In this document: one piece after another, positions 12,383 to 23,822 of the stretch
Layout of the letters: each line of letters starts with the position of its first letter
Position numbering within the stretch: the stretch's first letter is position 1
DNA from: Malacoraja senta
Taxonomy: Eukaryota
Direction of reading: 5' to 3'
Assembly (NCBI GenBank): GCA_038087875.1
Contig: CM075990.1
Coordinates: forward strand, 15,130,001 to 15,194,000
DNA: 64,000 nucleotides
The notes under the pieces: generated by a model
Database searches by the model: none
Told to the model about the DNA's origin: nothing
Seen by the model: the letters and a program-made list of their open reading frames with translations, nothing else
Translations under genes and position numbers: made by a program

Positions 12383-13474
12383 AAGATCTCATCTTTAACT
12401 GAGAAACGGTGGACTTATTTGCATCCCATAGTGCTAACTGAGGACTATTTGGCAGAAGAGAAAGGTCAACATGATCTTCAAAGCTGCAACATCAAAGTCC
12501 ATGGCACCAATCATTGGTTTTAAATGGACAACCATATCGTTATTGGCTATGAGGCCAAAACAAAAACTGATTGGTTTGTGACGATTTTTTCCCTCACTCC
12601 TTCAAGCCAGCCGGCCACTCTGAAACAAAAACAGAAAATGTTTAAAAAGATCACCAGGTAAGGCAGCATCTGTGCAACGAAAAAGAGTGAACATTTTGGC
12701 TCTGCACCTCTTTGTCAGGCTGTTGACTCTTTCTCTTCACACAGGTGCTGCCTGGCCTGCTGAGAATTTCCCGCATTTTCTGTTTTGGTGAAAAGTTATT
12801 GTTAAGTGGACTGTATTCACTTGTTTGGGAATTACAGCGATCGAGGGCGATGAATGATTCTTGCTGTGACCTGGCGATCCAATTCATATGGTTGTTTAGT
12901 CTGCCATATATTTTAAAGGAAATCATTCTACTTGTAACAGTTAAACTCAGTATCTAGGAGATTGCTCATATTTCATGTTTAAAATGATCTTGTGTGTGTA
13001 TGTGTAAGAGTGGTGAAAGGATTTATCAAAAAGGAGTTATATTGTCTGCACCTTTGTATGGCCATGATAAATTGGCATGATTTTCATGTTGGTATGATTG
13101 CTTCCCTAAGCCTATGTGCAAGTGAAAGTTATTCCACATTTGCCCACAACGGGACAAATAATAGAAACTGCCACCAACCCTTTTCTTGCGTGCCAATGTT
13201 TTGTCTTTCACAATTGATATTCTCAGAACAAAAAAATATCTTGGATAATGTCCAATATATTGAGGGGCGTTAAGCAGTTATGTCTCTGCTTCTTGAGCCC
13301 TCGTGATGACTGATTATGGGAAAAGTCACACAAGGAGGCAAAGGAGGTGACTCTTACAAACAAGTAGCAGTTCCAGGTGATTTAGAATAAATTGGGAAAT
13401 TAAAAAACGTACATATCCCAAACTTAATTTTCTTCCTGGTCCTATCTGCAAAATAAACAGAGCAATATTGTAAT

Positions 13475-13687
13475 GGTGCTGGAGAAATTCAGCGGGTGAG
13501 GCAGAATCTATGGAGTGAAGGAAATGGGTAACGTTTCAGGCCGAAACCCTTCTTCAGTCTGAAGAAGGGTTTCGGCCCGAAACGTTGCCTATTTCCTTCG
13601 CTCCATAGATGCTGCCTCACCCGCTGAGTTTCTCCAGCATTTTTGTCTACCTTCGATTTTCCAGCATCTGCTGTTCCTTCTTAAACA
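13475..13687. mobile_element. Fold-back PLE-derived hammerhead-motif element (subfamily A)
   Basis: Inverted arms meeting at CTTCTTCAG|TCTGAAGAAG. 12 bp TSD CAATATTGTAAT (13463-13474, 13688-13699). Confidence 0.9.
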
Positions 13688-14394
13688 CAATATTGTAATA
13701 ATGTTTTGGTATTATTTTTTGTCTTTATGTCATTTTCTAATATATATATTGGAAGCAAACATAGAACCTAGGCATAAACCAGTACAGCACAGGAACAGGC
13801 CCTTCGGCCCACAACGTCTTTGTGCTGAACTGGTCTCATCTGCCTGTACATGATTCATATCCCTCTATTTCATGCCTATCTAAAAGCCTCGAACACCACT
13901 GTTGTACATGCCGCCACCACCCCAGGCAATATGTTCCAGGCCCCCACTACACTCTTCGTTAAATAAATGCCTTGCACATCTCTATTAAACTTCCCCCTCT
14001 CACCTTTTAGCTATGCTCCCTAGTGTTGGACATTACCACTTTGGCCAAAAGGTTCTGACTATACACCCTATCAATTCGCTATCATCCCGGGATGGCGGGA
14101 CTGACATATGATGAAAGAATGGATCGACTGTGCTTGTATTCACTGGAACTTAGAAGGATGAGAGGGGATGATAGAAACATATACAATTCTTAAGGGATTG
14201 GACTAGATGCAGGAAAATTGTTCCCCGTGGTGGGGGAGTCCAGAACCAGGGGTCACAATTTAAAAATAATGGGTAGGCCATTTAGGACTGAGATGAGGAA
14301 ATACTTTTTCACCCAGAGAGTTGTGAATCTGTGGAATTCTCTGCCACAGAAGGCAGTGGAGGCCAATTCACTGGATGTATTCAAGAGAGAGTAA

Positions 14395-14917
14395 AAGGCC
14401 TGTCTCACGAGTCTGCGGTCATTGGCGGCAAAACAGGAACAATCTACCGCTCCTGGGCCGCCAGAGACCGCGGGCTCGGTCAAACGCCCGCCGCCTGGGG
14501 CCGTGCGGCGTTGTTCCCAACACCGCACGGTGCTAAAATAAAACCAACACTGTTCAAAAATATGTTCCTACCGCACAGCCGCCGCCAGTGAGGCACGGCC
14601 GCCGCCACAGCCGCCGCCACAGCCGCCGCTAGTGAGTCACGTGTGCCGCACGGCCGCCTCCACAGCCACCGCCACAGCGCCGCGATCAGCACTGCCGCCG
14701 CCACAGCCCCGCAGATCCGAAATGACGTCATCGCAGTCGGCCCGCCCTTTGTTTTTACTTACCGCAAGCTCGTGGGACCAGCCGTACTTAAATCACTCGG
14801 CCCCTGCGCAGCGCTCCCGCGGCATAGGCTCGGCCCTCTCGCCGTTGCCGTGCGGTCCCCTCTACCGGCGACGCCGCGCTTCACCGCCGATGACCGCAAC
14901 ACCGTGAGACAGAGCCT
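14395..14917. mobile_element. GC-rich PIF/Harbinger-like MITE
   Basis: Terminal inverted repeats AGGCCTGTCTCACG / CGTGAGACAG(A)GCCT flanked by TAA/TTA. Cleanly splits CR1 sequence. Internal GCCGCCACA repeats. Confidence 0.75.
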
Positions 14918-14993
14918 TTAGATATCGCTCTTTGGGGCTAACAGAATCAAGGGATATGGGGAAAAAGCAGGAACAGAGTACTGATTCTGGATG

Positions 14994-15094
14994 GTAGACA
15001 GAGAATGCTGGAGTAACTCAGCAGGACAGGCAGCATCTCAGGAGAGAAGGAATGGGTGACATTTCGGTTCGAGACCCTTCTTCAGTTCTTTCCC
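14994..15094 (-). mobile_element. PLE-derived hammerhead-motif mini-element in a CR1 3' UTR
   Basis: 14 bp TSD ACTGATTCTGGATG (14980-14993, 15095-15108). Confidence 0.85.
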
Positions 15095-15766
15095 ACTGAT
15101 TCTGGATGATCAGCCATGATCGAAGGGCCGAATGGACTACTCCTGTACCTATTTTCTATGTTACTATGTTTAATTCCTCTCAAAATGGTATACGAACGGC
15201 AAATTATCATTTTAAACAATGTATGGCACATGTCTTGCACTAAATGACCAGCCCATTAATGGAAGGAAACTATGCCATCTGGTTTCCTCCTTTGTGGGTG
15301 CTGCCTCCGACAATTTGTGGCATGTAGTGCTTTCTTATTAATGGCATCGTCCAACAGGATCAGTGTTCAAGCTATAAAATGTCCATGCTATATATGCAGC
15401 CCCAGCTTATTCATCAATGGACCCTTGTGATAGGTCATGCAGGAAATTACATAACAACCTGAATGGAAATTCCAGACTCGTGAACCAACTTTTTATTAAT
15501 AGTTTCCTGTAATATATTTGTTGTATGTGACTTCGGATTTTTTATCTTCAATTCCAAATATACTGCAACATTCTTAAAATAAACACTGTACCCCAAATTT
15601 TACAATCGGCATCGAACCAACAAGTCTCTCAGTTATTGAGCTGAAATCTGCCCACTGAGTTTTTTGCAGCCTTTTGGGTGGCCATTTATAAAAGACAGAA
15701 GGCCAATTCCGTGATATCAATGCTACAGTCGATAAGGAATTATGTGATAACCTGGAAAACAACAAG

Positions 15767-15944
15767 TGTGTAGGAAGGAACTGCAGATGCTGGTTTACAC
15801 CGAATATAGACACAAAATGCTGGACTAACTCAGAGGTTCAGGCAGCATCTATGGAGAAAAGGAACAGGTGATGTCATCTATTCCTTTCCTCCAGAGATGC
15901 TACCTGACCTGCTGAGTTAATCCAACTTTTTGTGTCTATCTTCA
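15767..15944. mobile_element. Fold-back PLE-derived element with the core hairpin deleted
   Basis: Inverted arms meet at GGTGATGTCATCT. GGAAAACAACA flanks both sides. Confidence 0.7.
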
Positions 15945-16089
15945 GGGAAAACAACAGTCCCCTTAAGCAAACAGTTCAAAGAATTAATACTGATCCATTT
16001 ATCTTGGATATTTGATTGGATACCCTGTTTTTTTTTTGTGATTCAACATGTCCAAAAAGGATATGTAATTTTGATCATTTTGAAAAAAA

Positions 16090-16510
16090 GACTGTGCATT
16101 TACCTTATCTATCTACCTTTCATGATCTTGTACACCTCTATAAAATTACCATTCATCCTCAGCGCTCCAAGGAATAGAGTCCTAGTCTGTTCAACCTCTC
16201 CCTATAGCACTGGCCCTCGAGTCCTGGCAACATCCTCATGGATCTTTTTTGCACCCTTTCCAGCGTAACAACCTCTTTCCTATAACAGGGTGACAAAAAC
16301 TGAACAAAATATTCTAAATGTAGCCTCACCAATGTCTTGTCCAACTGTGTAAGAATGAACTGCAGATGCTGGTTTAAACCGAAGATAGACACAAAAAGCT
16401 GGAGTAACTCGACGGGACAGGGAGCATGTCTGGAGAGAAGGAACGGGTGATGCTTCGGGTCGAGACCCTTCTTCAGACCCCATTTTGGGTCGAGACCCTT
16501 CCTCAGACTA
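16090..16510 (-). mobile_element. CR1 RT-region fragment followed by a PLE-derived mini-element
   Basis: Minus translation LVRLHLEYFVQFLSPCYRKEVVTLERVQKR..RMLPGLEG..YRERLNRLGLYSLERR (CR1 ORF2). 16347-16510 is the mini-element with a duplicated stem-II motif. Confidence 0.85.
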
Positions 16511-16972
16511 TATATGCCAATGATAGACATCCATTCATAAGTTTCAGTGACAAATGTCTCCATAAGGTACCAGTCTACTGAGGGTTTGTAGAAGTCTAGG
16601 GCAAATCAAAGTAGATCTTGTGCTTTCTGTGTTTAACTTCATGTTAGCTCTGTAATGCCAGGGAACTGATAGCCTAACCATTATTTTCCTGCAAAATCCA
16701 AGCCATTGGCAACATCATACGATGATCTGAAATGACAAGGAATGCAAATGAGGTGCTACAGATGTGTTTCTGTCTACTTGTAGCTGCTTTCCCTTGCTGC
16801 CTCCTGGTTTCCCCTTGGGGACATAGATAAATTTTGTGTCAAATGTTTAGCTTCCGCTCAGAGCAAGTTGGTGAAATCTCAGCACTTCGTTTTTCCTGAG
16901 GATTTTTACTCAAGTTTAGGTTGCATATCATCTTTACTCTGTCCTCCATTCATATCTTGTCTGTAAACAAGC

Positions 16973-17103
16973 CTGAAGAAGGGTATCGACTTGAAGCGTC
17001 ACCTATTCCCCTTTTCCAGAGATGCTGCCTGACCCGCTGAGTTACTCCAGTTTTTTTGCGTCTTTCTTTTGTGTAAACCAGCATCTGCAGTTCCTTCCAA
17101 CAC
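16973..17103 (+). mobile_element. PLE-derived hammerhead-motif mini-element, degenerate
   Basis: CTGAAGAAGGGTATCGAC...CGTCACC...GATGCTGCCTGACCCGCTGAGTTACTCCAG...CAGCATCTGCAGTTCCTTCC. Confidence 0.75.
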
Positions 17104-18019
17104 ACCAAATCCTGCAGTGGTCACCACTTGATTGGGTCCCACACAACTCACCCTCATGCTTAGAGTCCCTTGTGACAAGACCTTGTAGATCTCAACTTTT
17201 TCATATAGATGGTAGTTGGTATATGGAACAAGCTACCAGAGGAAGTAGTAGAGGCAGATACTATAATAGCATGTAAATGAGACTTGGCCAGGTAATGGAA
17301 AGGAAATGTTCAGAGGGATATTGGCCAAATGCGGGCAAACCTAGCGTAGATAGGGTATCTTGCTCAGCACGGATGACTAAGGCACGAAGGGCCTGTTTTT
17401 GTGCTGTATTGCTCCATTAATCCTCTCCCTAAACGTAGCTCACTTTCTCCTGACAAATACTTCTAGCCGATCCCTTGCATTGTCTTTGCACCCCACCATG
17501 CTTCAATGTGAGAAGCAAGGTTGTTCTTGCATGACATCTTTATTTAAAAGTGAGTTCAAAATTAGAAATTATTTTGTGTTTGACCTGGACTTTGATGGAA
17601 AAAAAATCAGAGTGTGGTTGGATAGTTCAAGATAGCTGCTGTTTATTGCTGCAAGATTGCATGCTTTGCCTGGTGATGTTAAAACTGAAAAAATATTGGG
17701 ATTCAAATTAGTTCCAAATGCTTAACTCAAATTGATTTACCTTGGAGCTATAGCAATAAAGATGAAATATATTATTGCTTTCATGGCTGGTACTTATTTT
17801 CTATATGATGCTGACATTCTTTTGTTGGAAGGAAAACTAATGGAGCATTTAATTAATGCTATATTTATTTAGAATTAGCCCATCTCCTCTGGCTTTGCTC
17901 ACAGTAAATTGGGAGGATGTGCTGCTTTTTTTTTTACGAACACATACTTTGTATGATGGAACACACAGGCTACTGTTGCTTAATTAAGGTTGGGAATTAT
18001 AAACCAGTGTTTGGTTAGA

Positions 18020-18150
18020 TGTTCAAAAAGGAAATGCAGATGCTGGAAAATCGAAGGTAGACAAAAGTGCTGGAGAAACTCAGCGGGTGAGGCAGCATCT
18101 GTGGAGCGAAGGAAATAGGCGACATTTAGGGCTGAAACCCTTCTTCAGTA
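18020..18150 (-). mobile_element. PLE-derived mini-element (subfamily A)
   Basis: Reverse complement of the 12248-12382 unit. Confidence 0.8.
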
Positions 18151-18259
18151 CAAGATAGATGTACTTGTTAACAAAAATTTGAATGTACAGTAGGTTGGCA
18201 CTAATTTTAAATCACTTGCTCAATTCCTTGGAGAGCATCATCCAATGTCCCCTGTTCAA

Positions 18260-19080
18260 AGGTTTGAGATGCAGCACAGAAACAGGCCCTTCGGCCCACC
18301 GAGTCCGCACTGACCAGTGATCTCCGAATAGTAACACCATCCTACAGACACTACGGACAATTCACATTTATACCAATCCAATTAACCTACAACCCTGTAC
18401 ATTTTTGGAATGTGGGAGGAACCCAAAGATCTAGGTGAAAACCCATGCGGTACCTTGAAGAGATAAGACTCCTCCTAGCAGGTAAACCAGATCACTTCCA
18501 CCTGACGTGGTCTGCATTTATAGAATTATTACAAATATAGGGTGCAAAAGTACTTTATAAAAAATAAAAAATAAATTGAGGTCAGGTAAGGGGGGATGAT
18601 AGTTGAAGAGTTGGTATGCCCCATTTACGTAATGCTCATAAAAATATTTGTTTCTCTCTTTTTCCTCTTTCTCTTTCTCTTTCTTTTCTAGGGCCTATTT
18701 CTTAACTCTTTTTCTTTTGTTTTTAATTTTGCTCTTATAGGGTCTTCGTCCTTTTTTGTTGTTACATTTTCTACACTTTCACTTTTTCCTTCACTTTCTT
18801 CTTTCTTTCAATCTTTTCCTTTTCTAGTGTAAAAAATAAATGGAGTACATTAATTGTAAGAAGATATAAATGACGAGTACTAATGTATGCGGTTGTAATG
18901 TAATGTACTTCTAATAAATAAATAAAAAATAAAAAAAAATTTAAAAAAATTAAAAAAAAGAAAACCCACGCGGTCGCGGGGAGAAGGTACAAAATCCGTG
19001 CAGACTAGCACACGTAGTCAGGATTGAACCCGCTGGCGCTGTAAGGCAGTAGCTCTACCGCTGCGCCACCGTGCCGCCCA
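18260..19080 (-). mobile_element. HE1/V-SINE split by an L1/Tx1 insertion
   Basis: SINE halves at 18260-18451 and 18960-19080 join into a full unit. Confidence 0.85.
18452..18959 (+). mobile_element. 5'-truncated L1/Tx1-clade LINE with poly(A) tail
   Basis: ORF end LEEIRLLLAGKPDHFHLTWSAFIELLQI*, T-rich 3' UTR, AATAAA and A-rich tail. 15 bp TSD GAAAACCCAYGCGGT (18437-18451, 18960-18974). Confidence 0.8.
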
Positions 19081-20011
19081 ATTAATTAAGATTATTTTCT
19101 CCTATTATGTTGATATAATACTTGAATCTATTACATGCAAGTATGAATGACCAGGTATGGCAATGTTTGGTGCGACGATTATATGTGGCAAGCTTTGTTC
19201 CAATGTAAAGTGAATTGCTTTTTGCTTGTTTGTCGAGGCACATTGGTCCCGTTTACCCATCATGGTTTTTCATAGAATGGTAAAAAATATATGGTACGTG
19301 GGGTGGCCAATTCATGTTAAGATAATAATCACTGAGTGCGGAATGGTTACTGAGGTGGATTTGAGAGGGATTTGAGGAGGAAGATAATAACAGATTTTCT
19401 CCATACACCAATGAAAGTATCAATCCATTTCTTATGAAATATCCATTCCCAACAGCATCTTCATTACATTTCAACTTTATACACTCCGAGCTTTCCCCTT
19501 TCCTTTATTTCTCCCATGAGGTAATGGTATGTTTTAGAATGTAGACTGGCTATTTCTTCCAGTGAAACCGAGAAATAATAAATGCTTTCACAGTTATTGT
19601 CGGTTAGAAGCTGCAGCAATTTTGCCAGATTTTTATCCAAAGTTGAGAGCTATAATAACGTTTCCTTTACTACCTCATAATTAATCTTTGACGACGAGCC
19701 TGTTCACTCCATTCAGTCCTTTCTGGTAAATGTTTGGTTTCACTTTCAGAGTTTATTGCTCAATTCTCTGCAATGCAATACACTTAACATGGGAAAGGTA
19801 GCAAATCCTGCGGCTTCCATATGCTAAGTTCAATGTAAATTCATAATGGATTGTCCGTCTTATAGATAAAAGCAGCAAAAAAGAAAGATTCCTTGCAAAA
19901 TTATCTTCTGCGCTCATCGTGGGCCTATGCTTGTAAAAATGTGAGGGTCCAATTGCCATGGGCTTCATTATCCCGGGGTCATTTATTAAGGTGCAACAAG
20001 CATTATAGGCC

Positions 20012-20216
20012 ATGCTTAAGAAGGAACTGCAGATGCTGGAAAATTGAAGGTAGACAAAAGTGCTGGAGGAACTCAGCGGGTGCAGCAGCATCTATGGAGC
20101 AAAGGAAATAGGCAACGTTTCAGGCCGAAGAAGGGTTTCGGCCCGAAACGTTGCCTATTTCCTTCGCTCCATAGATGCTGCTGCACCCGCTGAGTTTCTC
20201 CAGCACTTTTGTCTAC
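20012..20216. mobile_element. Fold-back PLE-derived element (subfamily A)
   Basis: Inverted arms. 15 bp TSD CAAGCATTATAGGCC (19997-20011, 20217-20231). Confidence 0.9.
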
Positions 20217-20444
20217 CAAGCATTATAGGCCGGTGCACAACTGAAACCCTGCCTCCTGAACACCTTTGATGCCCCAGGTAAGGATGCAGGTTGGAGCAGA
20301 GCCTTCTTTCTCTCCTGTCAAACGCAGGGAGCTTCAGATATGCAGAGACATTTAATCATCATAAAATTGCTTTGATTAATTAAAATTGAATTAAAGTCAT
20401 AAAAACATACCAATAACTCGTTAACCTATTAGAGCCACTCACTT

Positions 20445-20700
20445 AGTTGCACAGACCCGGATTCGACCCTGACCTCGGGTGCTGTCTGTGTGGAATTTGC
20501 ACGTTCTCCCAGTGACCACTTGGGTTTCCCTCCCACATCCTAAAAACGTATTCGTTAATTGGTTGTTGTAAATTGCCACTAATTGTAGAGCGTATAAATA
20601 CACAGAACAAGTATGAACCGGAGATCGATGGTCGGCACGTACTCGATGGGCCGAAGGGCCTGTTTTCATGCTATATCTCCAAAACAAAAACTACACTAAA
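20445..20700 (+). mobile_element. HE1/V-SINE, 5'-truncated
   Basis: V-domain and GGGCCGAAGGGCCTGTT tail. Confidence 0.75.
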
Positions 20701-20829
20701 ACAGAGTGTAAATCATTGATCTTGGCTTTTTCTTCCTGAACTTCGGATTGGGGATTCCCATTCCAATAAATGGTGACATCTGGTCTGGCTGGGACAGGAT
20801 TGCAGATGGACTAACATCTGTCACTATAA

Positions 20830-21462
20830 AAAGGCACAAAGAGCTGGAGCAATTCCGCAGGACAGGCAGCATCTCTGGAGAAGATAGATACAAAGTGCTG
20901 GAGTAACTCAGTGGGTCAGGCAGTGTCTCTGGGTGACATTTGGGGTCTGGACCCTTCTTCAGACTTATTGTGAGGGTGGGGTGAAGAAAGCAGGGAGAGA
21001 GATGGGGCAGGACAAAGCCCATCAGGGAATAGGTGAATGCGAGTGAGGAGAAGGGGGTGGGGGGGGAAATAGGTACGAGTCTAGTTGAGGAACAGGGGAG
21101 AAGGGGAAGGGGCGGGTGTTTGTAGTTTCCTAAAATTGGTGAATTCAATGTTCACACCTTTGCGTAAGCTACCAAAGTGGAATATGAGGTGCTGTTCTTC
21201 TGTGTCTACGTGTGGCTTCACTCTGGCAATGGAGGAGGCCCAGGACAGAAAGGTCAGTATGGGAGTGGGAAGAGGAATTAATATGGTTAACAACCAGGAG
21301 ATCCAGTGTATGTTTGGAAAATACTATTTTCCTCCACCACTCTTTCCTTTTCCCGAACCAAAACGTCACTTATCCATGTTCTCTAGAAATGCTGCCCAAC
21401 CTGCTGAGTTACTACAACACTTTGTGTCCTTTTTGTGTAAACCGGCATCTGTCATTCCTTAA
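20830..21462 (-). mobile_element. Penelope-like element 3' fragment (endonuclease C-terminus, 3' UTR, hammerhead motif) with inverted terminal copy
   Basis: Minus translation ...EEQHLIFHFGSL.KGVNIEFTNFR resembles the end of PLE GIY-YIG ORFs. Followed by a pyrimidine-rich UTR and CTGAAGAAGGGTCC.GACCC.AAA.GTCACCC. An opposite-orientation tail copy lies at about 21350-21462. Confidence 0.75.
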
Positions 21463-21529
21463 TGTTACATCTGTCACTGTGCTTGCCCTGGGCTAGAAAA
21501 GGACAGGGCGGGTTTACCTGCAAGCAGCT

Positions 21530-21653
21530 TCTTCTTCTTCTTTCGTGTGGCGTGCACAGCCTAAAGTTGTTGGACAACTTGTTCTATTTGATCTTCCGTT
21601 TGTGCACGTCGAGTTGCTTGCATTTGTCGAAACAGGGCAGACCACGTGAAGGT
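21530..21653 (-). mobile_element. Short Vingi/Ingi-tailed retroposon with HDV-like ribozyme remnant
   Basis: Minus strand ends CACACGAAAGAAGAAGAAG, like the element at 31729-32087. Direct repeat TGCAAGCAGCT at 21519-21529 and 21654-21664. Confidence 0.7.
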
Positions 21654-21833
21654 TGCAAGCAGCTGAATGTTAGCACTGCCTTTTGGAAATATCGGTCACT
21701 GCCTGCACCATTTAGCTCATGTTAAGCATGGGTGGGGAGAAATTCTTCTGAACGAGACAATATCATTTTACATATTGGGGCTGCTTTAATTTTTGGTCGT
21801 GTTTATTATTTGGCTGGGATGGAAGAACATTAT

Positions 21834-22086
21834 AGGGCCTGTCACACTTTCACGACCTAATTCACGGCCTTTTTTACTCGTGGACTTTTTTCATCATGCT
21901 AGAAAAAACGCCCCGACCTACTTGATGCCACTTGATGAGTACCTACGACTAGCATCACGGCCTGCTACGACCTACCTATGACCTCCTACGACCTCCTACA
22001 ATCTTGTGACGACCATGCTGCGTGTATGAGTCAAGGGCAAACTCGGCAGAGGTCGTGAATTAGGTCGTGAAAGTGGGACAGGCCCT
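21834..22086. mobile_element. PIF/Harbinger-like MITE
   Basis: About 34 bp TIR AGGGCCTGTC.CACTTTCACGACCTAATTCACG / CGTGAATTAGGTCGTGAAAGTGGGACAGGCCCT. TAA on the right flank. Internal TACGACC repeats. Confidence 0.85.
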
Positions 22087-22214
22087 TAAAGGTCTCTCCG
22101 TTGCACGCAGACCAGAAGAATCCTCTGTCCTCACCTTCAGAAATCACCTTGCACAATAGGCGCTAGAAATACTCAGCAACATTGAACTGCAAGGCTTTTC
22201 CAATATTTATATAA

Positions 22215-22580
22215 CATTCGACAGTACAGTTCAGGAAAAGGCCCTTAAGCCCACAATGTTTATACCAAACATGATGCCAAGACCAACTCATCTGTCTGCA
22301 CTTCATATATATTCCCCTATTCCCTGCAAATCCATGTTCCTAAACAAAAAGTCTCTTAAAAGCTGCAATCATATCTGCCTCCACCACCACCCCTAGGGCA
22401 GTGTTACAGGTAGTCACCACCCTCTGTGGAAAAACAAAATTGCTTCAAACATCTCCCTTAAACTTGGCCCCTCTCACCAAAAAGCTATGCCCTTTAGTAT
22501 TTAATATTTTCATCCTGGAAAATAGGTTCTGACAGTATGCCTAATCTACGTCTCTCATAATGTCATGCACTTCGATCTGC
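22215..22580 (-). mobile_element. CR1-like LINE 3' fragment
   Basis: Reverse complement of CR1 ORF2 end and 3' UTR. Confidence 0.7.
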
Positions 22581-22876
22581 TCTCATTTCAATTTTGAATT
22601 GCCTCCATCTGTGTTATTTTACCTCAGAGTGTGTGATTGGGTAAACTTGGTCTTTACATTATGACAGTGTTCGGTAAAGAAACCCATTTATTTATGTGTC
22701 TACATGTGTGCCTCTGAGTTAGAAAGGAACCGGGTCGCCCATGTCAGTTAATATCAAGGCTTATTGAGTGTGGTTCCAATAGCAACTTTCTTGGTGTCTT
22801 TTACATTCCAGTTCTTGCCTGTCCTTACACTTTTCCATTTTTGCCTCTCCATAGTTCATTGCCAATCTGAAGGTCT

Positions 22877-23240
22877 CAAGTTCAAGTTCAAGAGAGTTCA
22901 TTGTCATCTGTCCCTGATAGGACAATGACATTTTTGCTTTGCTTTAGCACAACAGAACATAGTAGGCACGAATACAGAACAGATCAGTGTGTCCATATAC
23001 CATTGTATAAATATATACACACATGAATAAATAAACTGATAGTGCAAATAAACAGATAATGGGCTATTAATGTTCAGTGTTTTGTCCGAGCCGAGTTTAA
23101 TAGCCTGCTGGCTGTGGGGAAGGAGCTATTCCTGAACCTGGTCGTTGCAGTCTTCAGGCTCCTGTACCTTCTACCTGAAGGTAGTGGGGAGATGAGTGTA
23201 TGGCTCAGATGGTGTGGGTCCTTGATGATGCTGCCAGCCT
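22877..23240 (-). mobile_element. Rex1/Babar-like LINE 3' end
   Basis: Minus translation AGSIIKDPHH.SHTLISPLPSGRRYRSLKTATTRFRNSSFPTASRLLN; tail ends in (AACTTG)n. Confidence 0.8.
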
Positions 23241-23549
23241 TTATCAATGTTGAACTTCTCAAGATCCTCCACTGGAGTAAAATCAAGCACAACAAACTAC
23301 CCCGTTCAGGGGTGATATTGAATAAATGACCAAAAACGTTGGTTGGATGAGTGGAACCTTAGATGCGCATGATTAGGTTACCAGAGTATCTGGAGAAATT
23401 TGAGCTGTCAATTATGCAGCACCATTAATTAGGGAAGATATTTTATTTGCAGTCTTTATTAAAATGGACTAATTGCTTTCACTAAGGTTTTGGTCAGCAA
23501 TGGTTTAAGAATCATGTTTATGGCATAGATTGACTGAAAGCTGCAGGAA

Positions 23550-23822
23550 GGCAACAGGCCCTTCGGCCCAGAGACCATGCCAACCATCCCGTTCACACCA
23601 GTTCTGTTAGCCCACTTTCCCATTCACTCCCTACACTCTACAGAAGACAAATAATCTCCAAACCCGCACAACTTTGGGATGTGGGGGGAAACCGGAGCAC
23701 CCATAGAACCCCACACTGTCACAGAGAGAACGTGCAAACTCCGCACAGATAGCGCCTAAGGTCAGACTCAAAGCCGGGTCTCTGGAGCTGTGAGGCAGCA
23801 GCTCTACCAGCTGCACCACTGT
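23550..23822 (-). mobile_element. HE1/V-SINE, diverged
   Basis: Reverse-complement SINE head, V-domain and tail. Confidence 0.75.

Larger units (their letters stand above)
13760..15170. mobile_element. CR1-like LINE fragments (minus to about 14085, plus thereafter) carrying nested insertions
   Basis: Plus segment reads GLTYDERMDRL.LYSLELRRMRGD..ETY.ILKG...RGHNLKI.GRPFRTEMRKYFFTQRVVNLWNSLP. Interrupted by a MITE at 14395 and a mini-element at 14994. Confidence 0.85.

Noticed and set aside
14480..14921. Overlapping Ala/Arg/Pro-rich ORFs
   Set aside because: They lie wholly within a GC-rich MITE; open frames are expected from low stop-codon frequency.
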